Virus record (IMG/VR): IMGVR_UViG_3300033072_000750 | Origin: a virus | Length of the DNA: 64,000 bases | Reading direction: 5' to 3' (one strand) | Part shown: one piece after another, positions 28,222 to 39,900 of the stretch | Numbering within the stretch: position 1 is the first letter of the stretch | Layout of the letters: the number at the start of each line of letters is the position of its first letter | The notes under the pieces: model-generated | Database searches by the model: none | What the model was told of the DNA's origin: nothing | What the model saw: only the letters and a program-made list of their open reading frames with translations | Program-made: the position numbers and the translations under genes

Positions 28222-29463
28222 ATGAAGAACGTTGAAACTTACAAGCAACTCGCAAAAGAGAAAGCCCTCAAATATGGACTGGATCCAGATTTTTTCGTGG
28301 CTCAAATTGATAGTGAGTCTGGGTTTAATCCAAAGGCTAAAAGTCCTGTTGGAGCATATGGACTTGGACAGCTTTTGCCGTCATCTGCTAAAGCTTTTGG
28401 AATAAAGGATTTAAATGATTTATACGATCCGAATATAAATTTAGATGTATCCGCTCGGTATATGAGTCAATTAATGAAGCAGCACAAAGATCCAATACTG
28501 GCAATGGCTGCATATAATGGCGGAAACTCTGGAATAGATTTTGCTAAAAAGAAATTAGGCAAACCAAGTATTACTGGTGAAGAATGGTTGAATTTTATGA
28601 AGGATCGCCGCAATAAATTAGGTTTTAAGCATGGTACTTGGCATGGAGAAACATTAGATTATGTTTCTAAAATATGGGATAAAGCTAAAGCGGAAAAATC
28701 AAAGCTGCAAGAACAATTAGCTTTAAACAAACAAGAACAAGCAAGACCATTAAATCAGATTAAACAAGGTGCTATAGATTTAGCCTCTAAAACAGGATTT
28801 CCAGTACAAAATTCTGAGCAAAAAAGAGAACAATTAATGAATACTCTATCTCAGAATACGAGTGATTTAAAGATGCAACCTAATACTTCTGCTTTTACAT
28901 ATATTCCACATAATGATCGTAACGCAGAATTAAGAAAACAAATAGCAGAAGCAAGAAAACAGCTACCAATTTATCAAACAAATGCTCCAGTAGGTGAACA
29001 GCAACAAATTGCACAGGCTCAACCAACACAACAATTACCGCAACAACCACAACAAAGACAACCTTTCCCTCAACAACAAAAACAAGTAGCACAAACGGGC
29101 GGTCCTTATGATATTATGCAAGCTTCCCCTTTAAACGCATCTCCAGAATTAGACGAGGCTATGCAGGGTATGCAACAATCTAACGAAGCTAAACAAGAAT
29201 TAGCTTTAAAAAGACAAGAGTTACAAGACAAAGTATCTCAACAGCAGCAACAAAGACAGCAATTAGCACAACAGAGACAAAAGGATAGTTTACAGAATCT
29301 AATAAATTCGATGGTTACTATTTCTCAAAATAACTCTCAAAAGTTTGCACCAAGGCAAGTGCAATTACAACAACCTGAATTTCAACAAGCACCGCAAATT
29401 CAAAGCAACCAAGTATCGTACATGCCTTACGATAAAATGAATCGTTATAATTCAACTGTCTAA
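28222..29463 (+). CDS. virion lytic transglycosylase (SLT domain + Q-rich tail)
   Basis: SESGFNPKAKSPVGAYGLGQL, AAYNGG, ETLDYV. Confidence 0.88.
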   Translation: MKNVETYKQLAKEKALKYGLDPDFFVAQIDSESGFNPKAKSPVGAYGLGQLLPSSAKAFGIKDLNDLYDPNINLDVSARYMSQLMKQHKDPILAMAAYNGGNSGIDFAKKKLGKPSITGEEWLNFMKDRRNKLGFKHGTWHGETLDYVSKIWDKAKAEKSKLQEQLALNKQEQARPLNQIKQGAIDLASKTGFPVQNSEQKREQLMNTLSQNTSDLKMQPNTSAFTYIPHNDRNAELRKQIAEARKQLPIYQTNAPVGEQQQIAQAQPTQQLPQQPQQRQPFPQQQKQVAQTGGPYDIMQASPLNASPELDEAMQGMQQSNEAKQELALKRQELQDKVSQQQQQRQQLAQQRQKDSLQNLINSMVTISQNNSQKFAPRQVQLQQPEFQQAPQIQSNQVSYMPYDKMNRYNSTV

Positions 29464-29476
29464 AAGCAAAAAAAAA

Positions 29477-30214
29477 ATGGGATACGGTCTTCAAAATAAT
29501 ATAGATCCAATGCATATCGTGAACCTGCTTGGGCAACTATTAACACAATCATCACGAAATCAAGCTAACTCAACTAGGCAGCAATCTCCTTATGGTGAAT
29601 TAACTTCATATCTAAGTGAACTTGATAATTCTCCTTATGGTCAATCAAGAATATCAACCAATGATTCGACGTATGGGCAACAACCAGTTTTAAATTATCA
29701 AAGAAAAAGCAAAGTGTTTCACGGGAAGAGGGATTACCAACCAAGCGTAGATGTAGGACAAGATGCTGGGCAAGATTTAGGGGCGTATTTGGGTGGACTA
29801 GAAAATTCTCCGTATGCACAGTCTCCAATATCTACCAATGATTCAACCTATGGGCAGAATCCACATCAGCAACCTGTTCATCCAATAATGCATCAATTTT
29901 CTCAGATTCAATCACAATTACAGGATTTGCTTACTCCTCACCAGCAAAATCCTTCTTTGAATTGGCAACAAAATCTTCAAAATCAGTTTTCGCCCATAAC
30001 TCACAAAAAGTGGATGACAAAACCACAAGATTCTATAGACGATCAAACCTACGGACAGCAACCAGTTGCGAACTATCAGAGAAGAACAAAAATGATTCAA
30101 AGAGGGGCACACCCTAACCCAAGCTACAATCCGAGCTATAACCCAAATTTGCGGGATTTGGGTGGGAATAGTTATGCGGATGCATTGTCTCAACTTATTA
30201 ATAATTCATATTAG
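29477..30214 (+). CDS. Q/S-rich repeat protein, putative internal virion protein
   Basis: internal repeats SPYxQSxISTNDSTYGQ and TYGQQPVxNYQR. Confidence 0.6.
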   Translation: MGYGLQNNIDPMHIVNLLGQLLTQSSRNQANSTRQQSPYGELTSYLSELDNSPYGQSRISTNDSTYGQQPVLNYQRKSKVFHGKRDYQPSVDVGQDAGQDLGAYLGGLENSPYAQSPISTNDSTYGQNPHQQPVHPIMHQFSQIQSQLQDLLTPHQQNPSLNWQQNLQNQFSPITHKKWMTKPQDSIDDQTYGQQPVANYQRRTKMIQRGAHPNPSYNPSYNPNLRDLGGNSYADALSQLINNSY

Positions 30215-30219
30215 TATTA

Positions 30220-32970
30220 ATGGCACAAGGAATACAATCACAATCAGCAGATCCATTCTTTAGGTTCAACAACTCTCCTCAAACTAATCAATCTTCTTTG
30301 ATGCAATTATTAGGGCAAGGACAAGGTAACTTAAGATCACCAGGTACGCAGCGTAATTACGCTTTTACTTTTCAGCCTAGTTGGAGAGATGCTATTGGAT
30401 TAAGTTCTAGTGCTCAAGCTGGTGATATTAGAACGGACTGGGGTGATTATTTACCTCAATCATCGCTAAGGACAAGAACGAGAAATTCATCAGCGCAACT
30501 AACTTCTCCTTTTTTAGGTGGTGCGGATACTGCTTATGAAACTTCTGGTGATGGTAGTGGTAGTGTTTATGGTGGACAAGAAAATCAGTATGGTTTTGGA
30601 TATAACGGAGAACCAGTACAAATAGCAAAATCTGGTAGATTAGGATTGCAATCTTTAGGTAATTCTGATAGAGCATTAGCAGAAAGCACTTATTCTATGT
30701 CTCAACCTTACCAAATTTCTAGTAGAGATGAATATAGTAACCCAGAACAAGGAGCTTATTCTTCCAGTTCGGATACTGGTGAAGTTAGAGCTGATTTAAA
30801 TACACCATCAACAAGACCTTCATTCATGAATACGGTTAGTAGGCAAACAGGCGGAAAAGGTGAAACAACAAAAACTTATTCAACCGAAGGTGAAGGACAA
30901 GGACAAGGTACTGGTAAATACGGAGTAAGAGATACTTCTGCTGCAAGATTAGGTTATGATATTGGTACTATGCCAATTGGGATGGTGGCTAATGGAATAA
31001 TTCCTGGGTTAGGCGGCGTGGCTCAAGCGGGTGCTGCGGCATTAGGTAATTTTCTATTTGGAAAAAAGAGTAGAGAAACTAATGAAGCTATGGCTAATGC
31101 AAATCAAGCCCAAAATGTTAATACTTCGATGGGATTATTTCAACCAGGGCAGGCTTCTTTAAACAGAACCGCTACTACGGAATCTAAGGGTTATGCTCCT
31201 TCTGGTAATGTTCCTGCTATTGTAAATGCTAGTACGGTCAATACTCAGAACATTAATCAACAAAACCCAGCTGAAGCCTTAAATTTAGCCAATCTGTATA
31301 GTAATGCTAATTTAGCTGGTCAAAGTTACGGGAAAGAAGATATAACAAGAAAGAAAAGTGGATTATTTAGCAGAGGATACGATAGGGTTAGTAGGACAGC
31401 AGACGCAGCAAGAAATATAGCACAAGATACTGGTGGAAGATTAGCTTTATCTGGACGTTCATTACCTTCTGCAATGCAAAACATTCCTGGTGCGATGAGT
31501 CCTGCTATAAAAGCTCTTGCTAATCAACAAACAATAAGTAAATTAGGTACTGGACAATTTGGAGGAACACCTCAAACAGACACTTTAACTTCATCGGAAA
31601 ATATGGAAGGAAGCGTAACTGGTCCAGCTTCTTTGGAAAGTGAAGTGTACAACCAAGGGAATTATTCAAATAAAGGCGGTTTGACTAGCAATATGTCTGC
31701 CAACATTTTAGGTAGCTTGCAAGGATACGGAGCAGATATTTCTGGAGTCTCTAATGCGCAACAAGCATTATCTGGTAGTATGGGACAAGAAGCACAAGTA
31801 GAAGCTTCGATGGACATGAATCGTATTATTAGCAACCTTGAGCAGCAATTACCTCCTAGCGTAACTTCCCAGAGAGTAATAAATACTTTAAGGCAGAATC
31901 CAGAATTAGCATCTTTGTTTGATGAAAGCAATTCATCTGAAACTCAAGCACAAGCATTAGCTTCCATATTAGATTCTCAACAATTACAAGCACAAACAGC
32001 AATTAATCCTCAAGCACAACAACAGCAACAAGCTTATCAATACATAGATCCTTACACAGGACAGCCTCAATATTATGCAAACATTGAAGGACAAGTAAGA
32101 CAAATAAACCCTGATACTCTATATGGTATAGACTATACCGACCCATTTAATTTACAAGCAAAAGCTTCTTTGGGTGGAAAAACAGCACAATCTGGTTTGC
32201 AAGGACAAGTGCAAGGAAGAGACTATTTCTATACTCCTGGTAGTAATCCTTCTAGTATTTATTCTCAATTAGCAAACGAAGTAATGCAAAGAAGCCAAGG
32301 TAATTGGACTGGTGGCAATCAGAACGATGCGTTGATTAATCAAATAAACCAACTTCAGTCTCAAAAACTATCTGATTCCGACAAGCAGGCTTTAGGTGGC
32401 TTATTATCTCAAAAACAACAAGGCTTACAATCGCAAATATCTGGAATAGGTAGTCAATTATCTGGATTACAAAATACTTCTGCGGATGCTGTTAATAAGT
32501 ACATAAATTACCTTCAATCTGGTAACGCAAATCAAGAACAAGCTAATGACCTATTTAGTCAAGCAAATCAATATACTACTCAACAAAAAAAATTACAAGA
32601 CCAATTGAACCAATTTATGAATACTAAGTATGGTTATGGGGATGTTTTAGGTGAATATCAAGCCCAAAATAATTTAAATCCTGCTAATTATGCAGAACAA
32701 TATGACGAACAGGGTAATCCAATATATCAAGGACATTCTTTAATAGATTACAACACAATATTAGACTATTTAAACCAAGAAAGACAGTATGACGCCCAAT
32801 CTCCAGATCAAAAGGGAACATACCAAATACAAATAGGTGGCGATACGTACACTAGTCCAAATATCAGCGATTTGGTGATGAGAACTACCCCAGGGCATGT
32901 AGACTATGGTCCGATGTCCTTACCTTATGATACTAGTAAAAACAAAGTTCCCAGTACCGTGTTGCTTTAA
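30220..32970 (+). CDS. Q/S/G-rich putative ejection protein
   Basis: low complexity, glycine-rich hydrophobic segment, position in the virion module. Confidence 0.55.
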   Translation: MAQGIQSQSADPFFRFNNSPQTNQSSLMQLLGQGQGNLRSPGTQRNYAFTFQPSWRDAIGLSSSAQAGDIRTDWGDYLPQSSLRTRTRNSSAQLTSPFLGGADTAYETSGDGSGSVYGGQENQYGFGYNGEPVQIAKSGRLGLQSLGNSDRALAESTYSMSQPYQISSRDEYSNPEQGAYSSSSDTGEVRADLNTPSTRPSFMNTVSRQTGGKGETTKTYSTEGEGQGQGTGKYGVRDTSAARLGYDIGTMPIGMVANGIIPGLGGVAQAGAAALGNFLFGKKSRETNEAMANANQAQNVNTSMGLFQPGQASLNRTATTESKGYAPSGNVPAIVNASTVNTQNINQQNPAEALNLANLYSNANLAGQSYGKEDITRKKSGLFSRGYDRVSRTADAARNIAQDTGGRLALSGRSLPSAMQNIPGAMSPAIKALANQQTISKLGTGQFGGTPQTDTLTSSENMEGSVTGPASLESEVYNQGNYSNKGGLTSNMSANILGSLQGYGADISGVSNAQQALSGSMGQEAQVEASMDMNRIISNLEQQLPPSVTSQRVINTLRQNPELASLFDESNSSETQAQALASILDSQQLQAQTAINPQAQQQQQAYQYIDPYTGQPQYYANIEGQVRQINPDTLYGIDYTDPFNLQAKASLGGKTAQSGLQGQVQGRDYFYTPGSNPSSIYSQLANEVMQRSQGNWTGGNQNDALINQINQLQSQKLSDSDKQALGGLLSQKQQGLQSQISGIGSQLSGLQNTSADAVNKYINYLQSGNANQEQANDLFSQANQYTTQQKKLQDQLNQFMNTKYGYGDVLGEYQAQNNLNPANYAEQYDEQGNPIYQGHSLIDYNTILDYLNQERQYDAQSPDQKGTYQIQIGGDTYTSPNISDLVMRTTPGHVDYGPMSLPYDTSKNKVPSTVLL

Positions 32971-32971
32971 T

Positions 32972-32999
32972 CTTTTCTTAACAGTATTTTAAAATTAAG
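32972..32999 (+). promoter_or_regulatory. candidate late promoter CTTTTCTTAA-N8-TARAATTRA (copy 3)
   Basis: same motif as at 3397 and 24896. Confidence 0.6.
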
Positions 33000-33026
33000 C
33001 TAGGACACTAAATAGCTAAGGATTAT

Positions 33027-33761
33027 ATGGCAAAAAATACAGTAGAAATTAAAAATGTTAGATTTGATGAAAATGGAGAACCACAATTTGATGAAGTAAC
33101 GAATAAATTGGGTGATGTTAGGATGCCAGACGGAAAAGGTGGCGTTACGATAGATAAGGGACAAAGAGCAGAAGTAACTCTTCAAACAAAAACAATTCAA
33201 ATAGAGTCTGGTTTATTAGGTAAAGATGTTGTTAAAAAATACCCAAATAGCAGATTGACTATATGGGCATCAGACATGGCAAATCAAAATTGCCCCGAAT
33301 CACTCTTAGTAGGACACGTAGTACTAGTAAAAAATAAGCAGTATGAATTAGTATATGCCCCCATCCCTATCGAAGGTTGGACAACCAAAGACGTTGCGAA
33401 ACCAACAGATCCAAGTGCACAGACTACTCTTTATCCCGACCACATTAAGTCTCAAGATAAATTGATGGATTTGATATTGTCTCACTTGGCAGTACACGGT
33501 AGCCCATTTGTTAGTTGGACATTAGAACATCCTCCAGAAATTCAAGCAGAATTAGACTTAAAGCAATTAGAAACTGAGCAAGAATCTTTGGAAGAAAGAG
33601 AAAGGTTAGCACAAGAGAAATTCTTAAAAGAAAAAGCTTTGCTTGAAAAGAAAATGAAAGATGCTATGAAGAAAAAGGCTGAAGTTGAAAGATTAAAAGG
33701 AAAGACGCTTTTTAGTGCTCCGCAAGAAGAAGAATTGCTTCCAATTAATAAGAAAAAGTGA
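33027..33761 (+). CDS. hypothetical protein with C-terminal coiled coil
   Basis: 244-aa ORF. Confidence 0.65.
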   Translation: MAKNTVEIKNVRFDENGEPQFDEVTNKLGDVRMPDGKGGVTIDKGQRAEVTLQTKTIQIESGLLGKDVVKKYPNSRLTIWASDMANQNCPESLLVGHVVLVKNKQYELVYAPIPIEGWTTKDVAKPTDPSAQTTLYPDHIKSQDKLMDLILSHLAVHGSPFVSWTLEHPPEIQAELDLKQLETEQESLEERERLAQEKFLKEKALLEKKMKDAMKKKAEVERLKGKTLFSAPQEEELLPINKKK

Positions 33762-33800
33762 GTAGACGTATAATTCTTCTGTAGAACGTGCAATCTTTCG

Positions 33801-34526
33801 ATGACAACCACAGAAGACATAAAAGAGAAACTTTACCTTCGATTAAACCAAGAAGGTATTATCTCAAAATCAACAGATAGACTATATGACAAGTATATAG
33901 AAGAAGCATGTTTTGAAATAGCTGCTGAATTTTACTTTAAAGATCTTCTGTTTACAGTATACGGACAAACAGATAATGATGGGATTTACACAATAGATAA
34001 ACCCATAATTCCATACATGACCTTTTTATATGAAGTAGAGAACGTAGATCACTCAGGACAAAGAATTACCCCAGTTAGTTATGACTTATTCAGAAGATGG
34101 AAGAGTGGATGGCGTTCTTCGCTACAAGGTGGATATTTTTATTATGGGACAAGAAGAAGATATACTGTATTGCCTAGAAACGGAGAAGACACAACAAAGC
34201 TTCAATTGATGGAACTTAAGAGTAGTTTACCCATTTCTGTTACTTGTTATCCGATAAGACCCTCTGTTGCTGATTTCCCTAGCTTTTTTGAGCCATATAT
34301 TACAGCAAAAGCAATGTATTTATTATCTATTGACCTTAAACAGGGTTCTGGTGATAGATTCTTTCAAAAAATAGAACAAAGATTAAAAGAAATAAAGAGA
34401 AGAGTAAAGAAACAAGCATTAACCTTTGAAGTAAGAGCACCTGCTGATAGCTCTATTCTTAATAATAAGAGTATGGAATGGTTAATGACCGATGGCAACG
34501 ACATAGGGTTCTTTAAAAACTTGTAG
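33801..34526 (+). CDS. putative head-tail adaptor
   Basis: size, helix-beta-helix layout ending FPSFFEPYITAKAMY, position. Confidence 0.55.
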   Translation: MTTTEDIKEKLYLRLNQEGIISKSTDRLYDKYIEEACFEIAAEFYFKDLLFTVYGQTDNDGIYTIDKPIIPYMTFLYEVENVDHSGQRITPVSYDLFRRWKSGWRSSLQGGYFYYGTRRRYTVLPRNGEDTTKLQLMELKSSLPISVTCYPIRPSVADFPSFFEPYITAKAMYLLSIDLKQGSGDRFFQKIEQRLKEIKRRVKKQALTFEVRAPADSSILNNKSMEWLMTDGNDIGFFKNL

Positions 34527-34561
34527 TCATATAATTCAGTCGTAAAAATCGATTAAATTAC

Positions 34562-35854
34562 ATGGGATTCTTTGATTCAATAATGACAACATTGGTAGGT
34601 GGAGCACCGAAAGTTACAATGCCACCTGCTATTCAAGCTCAAATCGAGCAATTAAATTACATTCCGTTTGGTCCAGAACGAGATGCTTTACAACAAAGTA
34701 TCCAAAATACGTATGGTATTACAACCGACCAACTAAATAATTCTTTAGGGCAAATACAACCAGCAATTAACCAATTTGGACAACAAGCTGGTGATATTGG
34801 TAATCAGTTAAGTGGAGTAGCTAAAAGCCTACAAACTATGGGTGGATATAACCCTTATATGGTTTGGGGTGGTAATCCGCAGGCAAAGTTAAACGATTAT
34901 CTAAAAAACAGAGAATCACAAATAGCAGCAACATTTAATCCTTACGGACAACAGGGTGCGGCTTCTCAAATGAGCCAAGGTTTGATGAAAGCACAACAAG
35001 GCAGACAAGGAATAACAAATTCTGGTGTTGCTAGAAGACAAATGGAAGAAGAAAACTTAAGATTGATGAATGCAAAACAAGCAGCACAATCTCAAGCAGC
35101 AACTGAAGGAAATAACTATATAGCTCAATTGTGGGGACTATATAACCAAGGATTACAGGGTCAGGGGCAGTTACAATCTCAAGCAGCAAATGTTTATGGG
35201 CAGCAAGGTGATTTAGCCTCAAAAGTTCCAGCGATGCAAATTCAAGCAGCTCAAACATTAGGTGCTTTAAGTGGAAACCAAGCAAATCAATTAGCGGGAA
35301 TGCAATCAGAAAGCAGGACGGGACAACAAAACGTAGCAAATTGGAATGCAGAAAATAGGCAATCTGTATATAACAATTACGCTGGTGCGCAAAATACAAG
35401 AAACGTAAATCAAGCTTCTTTGGATGCACAACGAAGAAAACCAGGATTAATGGATTTAATTTCGCCAATTGCCCAAATGGCTATTCCCGCTGCTGGCTTA
35501 TTTATGGGCGGTGGAGGCGGCGGAGCTTCTGGCGGTGGAGGATTATTAAGTGGATTGTTTGGCGGAAGAAGCGGTGGAGCGGCACAGCCTAGTGGGGGCG
35601 GAGGGCTTACTGGTGGCGGACAGTCTTACGGGGTTCCAAGTTTTAGCCAATCTGCATCTCCTAACTATTCTTATTCAGGTGGATATACTAATCCCTACCC
35701 AGCACCATCAGCTTTTAATCAAAATGTTTATGGTAATACTCCAGCTTCCTATGGTGGATATTCTGCTTACGGAAATAGTGGATATGGAAATTCTTCGTAT
35801 GGTGGCAGGGATATTTTAGGCAAATCTTATTCACAACAAGGGAGTATGTGGTAA
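34562..35854 (+). CDS. Q/G-rich putative ejection (pilot) protein
   Basis: MGFFDSI start, Gln-rich coiled coil, Gly-rich tail. Confidence 0.55.
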   Translation: MGFFDSIMTTLVGGAPKVTMPPAIQAQIEQLNYIPFGPERDALQQSIQNTYGITTDQLNNSLGQIQPAINQFGQQAGDIGNQLSGVAKSLQTMGGYNPYMVWGGNPQAKLNDYLKNRESQIAATFNPYGQQGAASQMSQGLMKAQQGRQGITNSGVARRQMEEENLRLMNAKQAAQSQAATEGNNYIAQLWGLYNQGLQGQGQLQSQAANVYGQQGDLASKVPAMQIQAAQTLGALSGNQANQLAGMQSESRTGQQNVANWNAENRQSVYNNYAGAQNTRNVNQASLDAQRRKPGLMDLISPIAQMAIPAAGLFMGGGGGGASGGGGLLSGLFGGRSGGAAQPSGGGGLTGGGQSYGVPSFSQSASPNYSYSGGYTNPYPAPSAFNQNVYGNTPASYGGYSAYGNSGYGNSSYGGRDILGKSYSQQGSMW

Positions 35855-36912
35855 TGATAGCAGATCAAGCACAGTTTTTTGCACCTGGTGCTGGATTGTC
35901 TCCAATGCCACAGATTCATTTGTCTGCTCCGTTCGATCCAGGTGAAGCTATGCAAAGACACGCTACTGGTGTCGTGAATAGCTTAAATGTGTTACAGCAG
36001 GGACTAATAGCCAAAAAAGAAATGGCAATGAGGGAAGCAATAGCACAAAGACAAATGGCATTAGAACAACAAAAGATGGCATTAGCAGAACAAAGAGCAC
36101 AAAAAGATTCTCAAATGGAGATGGCTAAATTCAATAATTTAATGAATCAACAGTCTATTGAGAACGCTAGAGATAGTAAAAAGCTTCAACTAGAAACTAT
36201 GAAGTATGAATTAGATTCACAAAGTAAGCTAGATAAAATTGCACAACAGGAAACACTAGCTAGGTATGCACCATTGATGATGGAAGATATAAGCAAGGCA
36301 GAAGATAGAGATTCGGTACTACAAAGCGAAAATACTCAAAAGTATTTCTCTGCTCTTTCAAAGAACGATCCTTCGGCAGCATCTGCTTTTATGAAAGATG
36401 CACTAGCCAACAAGTTCCCAAAAGATAAAGATGATTTAACTCCAGAACAAGAATATACCTATAGTACTTTTAATGATTGGTATGCGAATAAGCTTCCTGA
36501 TGCAATAAGCAAAGTGGATCAGGGTATGCCCTTTAAAGATGCAGTGGCAGATATTAGGGATGCCGTAAACCAAGGATTAAAAGATGGAACACTAGACCCA
36601 AAAACAGTTCAAGCTGAATTGCCCAAGATGTTTAATATGGTATATAAGCCAGTAGCAAGAGAAGACGCCCAAACATTCAGGGAAAAACAAGCAGCAGCAA
36701 ATAGAAAAGAATATAAATACTTAGTAGATGGAGTTGAGGTGGATGAAATTGAAGCGTCTAAGGCAAGATCGCAGAATAAGCTGGTTACTAAAATAGAAGA
36801 AAATACTGGGAATATAACCGACATAGGGACTCCTCCGAAGCCAGTTTCCAAGTTAGAAGAATTAATGGCAGCAGCAGATGAAAGAAGAAAGAAAAAAGCA
36901 GGAGCTAAATAG
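35848..36912 (+). CDS. helical putative ejection protein
   Basis: coiled coil; position. Confidence 0.5.
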   Translation: MVMIADQAQFFAPGAGLSPMPQIHLSAPFDPGEAMQRHATGVVNSLNVLQQGLIAKKEMAMREAIAQRQMALEQQKMALAEQRAQKDSQMEMAKFNNLMNQQSIENARDSKKLQLETMKYELDSQSKLDKIAQQETLARYAPLMMEDISKAEDRDSVLQSENTQKYFSALSKNDPSAASAFMKDALANKFPKDKDDLTPEQEYTYSTFNDWYANKLPDAISKVDQGMPFKDAVADIRDAVNQGLKDGTLDPKTVQAELPKMFNMVYKPVAREDAQTFREKQAAANRKEYKYLVDGVEVDEIEASKARSQNKLVTKIEENTGNITDIGTPPKPVSKLEELMAAADERRKKKAGAK

Positions 36913-36914
36913 AC

Positions 36915-39900
36915 ATGGATCCAGATTTTTTCAAAAAGCTTTTTCCGAGTAGTGTTGAGTCGCTAGAAGGGGCGAATACAAATAATGTTGCTGGTGCGAT
37001 TGCTCGTAGCCCACTTCCACTAATAACTGGATTGGGTGTTGGTGCAGCAAAGGGTATTGTTTCTGATTTGCCTGTTTATGGATGGAACGCTTTAGCTGGC
37101 TTGGGAAATATTGTACAGGGGAAAGACCCAAATGACGAATTTATTAGAAAATACGAGGAAGGGGCAAGAAATTTAGCTATAGCTCCTGCTAATTTTATTT
37201 CAAACGCAATGAGGGGGATGGTAGGTTTAGATCCAGTTGAAGCTAATAGCCAGGATGCGTTAAGAAGTGCAGAGGCTGGTTTGTTTACTGGTGCAATGGC
37301 GTCTCCGAATTTGCTTCACAAAATACCAGTAGTAAACAAAATCCCTTCCCCTATTCCAAATGTTCCTGTTGGCGATCTGCTTGAGGGCGGATTGATAGGA
37401 AAAGCTGGTGCGGCTACGGCTTCTGCTTCTACGGTTCTACCCAAAGGATTAGCGTCTGTTATTAGGGGCGGTGAAGAGGTGTCGCCAGTAGTAAAGTATC
37501 CTAATATTAAAGGGGAAAAGATGGAAGGGTTAGCAAATTTTTTGAACCCAAAATCTACTACTAACTATATTGGTGATTATGATCCAAATATTTTTGCTGA
37601 ATTGCAGTCAAGGTATGATGCACCGATTTCTAACTTAAAAGATTTAACTGGTCCGCTTGGCAAGAAGTATGCGGATTATGAAAGAGACAAAAAATTCTTA
37701 GGGTTAAGACCAAATAAGCAAGAGTTTATCAACAATGAGCTTAAAAACATAAATACTAGTGATGATGCTAAGGTTTTACTCAAAGATAAATTCAACGATA
37801 GTCTTACAGAATATAAAGCAGCCTATGATCCAAGAGAGGCTAAGGCAAATTATGAAAGGAATGTAGCTAGGTTTTTAGATCCGAAAGATTTAGCTACAAA
37901 AGATGCTAGTTCTCTCATAGGTTCTGCAACTAATCTAGCTAAAAATCATTTTGAAGAACTTAAGAGACTACAGTTAGAAGGCGCACCACAAGAAAAACTA
38001 TTAAAAGCAGATGAAACTTTCCAAGCAACAAAAGCTAAGATTTACGATGATTTTGCTAAATTGCCAGAAGGAGAAAACCTTAAAGGTTTATTTGATGAAT
38101 CGTTTTCTATTAATAAGCTGGCAGATACGCAGGGCGAGTTAAATAATCTTATTACTACTAAACCTATTCCGACTTTCCAAAAGTTACAACCTTTAACAGG
38201 TGAACCGATTAGCTCAGTGCCAGAGCTAGCTAGGAATTTATTTCAAAAGTATGATATTCTAGATGATGCTACCAAAAGTACTGTTTCTTTTGAAAAGTAT
38301 TTAGGTAACAACTTAAAGTCTTTGAATCTACCGCCACAAGAAGCATCTAAATTAAAAGTAGGTATTTCTGACTTCTTAGATGATTATCAAAAAATTCAAA
38401 ACAAAGATCAAATCGTTGCTAATTATGAGAATGCAATGGATAAAATCAGAGAGGGAGTTAAGGTTCCGCCTGAAAAGTTAATTAATTCTGCTACCGAATA
38501 CCTTCTTGTGCAGAATGCAGAGTCTGAATTAGTAAAGTTTGCTAATCCTGAGCAGTATGCACAATTACAACAGAATTTACTAAGAACCAGAACGTCTATT
38601 ATTGATGAATTGTCAGCTTTGGATCCTAGCGAGAATTTAGTTAATGGTTTTGTCGGGAAGGCGGATCGATTACTCGATGCCAGGAATCAAGCAGCAAACG
38701 ATTTACATGTTATGGTTAATACTCCTCCGTTATCCATAGCAGAACAAGCATCCAGTATCTATAAAAGACCAATAACCAATATAGACGAATTAACTAACGC
38801 TTCTTACAATAAGTTTCAACAAAAATTGTCGCTTGCTAAAGAAAAGGGCTTAAATGTAGATTCAAATAGGTTTATTAATAGCGAAGTTGCTAGCTTTGCT
38901 GCTTCACCCCAAGAAAAGCAAGCCCTTAAAAGCTATTTGCAAGATAAATTTAGTTGGTATAAATCCTCTTACGATCCTGAAGAAGCGGCTAAAAGTTATA
39001 ATCGGAGTTTAAACCGATTTCAGCTTAAGACTTACAAGCAAGAAGCATCGCCAACTGAGCTATTAAATTCCGCCAAGAACTATACTGTTTCTAAGTTTAA
39101 CCAAATAAGGGATTATGATTTTTATGAAAATAGCAAATTAGCTGAAACCGCTTCTGTGGATATGAACGCACTTAAAGAAAAAATCGTTGGAGATTTAACC
39201 AAAATTGACCCAGACGGAAGCAAGGGTTTAGTCGGAGAGTATTTGAGTTCGTTTGATTCAGGAATGATCTCTAAACTGAATAGATTTAGTAATTTTTTTA
39301 AGGTAGAGCCAGCCTTTGGGGACATGTATCAGGTCGGAGTTTCTTACCCAAGTGTAGTTCTGAATAATGCTTATAAGTTGGGCGTGGATCCAGCCAAATA
39401 TGTTGGTGGTGGGTTTAAATGGTCGCAAGAACATTCCCAATTAATAAAATCCCAAATATTAGACTACTATAAAACATTGCAAGACACATTAGAGTCAACT
39501 AGGTTAGAATCATCTAAGGCTGGGAAATTTGCAAAGCCAATGAATTCTGTACTAAGTGCTTTTAATGATTTTGCTTTTGCTGCACAATCTGGACCAAGAG
39601 AAACTATGATTAAGCACGTTTTTGTTCCAGAGGCTTATGGTCAAATCAAGAAGTGGGCGGAGAAAACGGGGAAGATAGTAGAGGGGACGCCAGAGTTCAA
39701 TAGGGCTGTTATTAATCATACTATTCAGATAATGAGAGACACGGGGATGGTTCCAGACGAGAGTAAATATTTGTTCAAAAAAGCTGGTGAAGTAAAAATT
39801 GGTAAACATCTTGACGATATGGTGCGAGACTGGAAAGCGGAAGGAAATATTTCCAAAGAAATTAAAAGTGCTTCTATGTTTATGAATACCTGGGTTAAAC

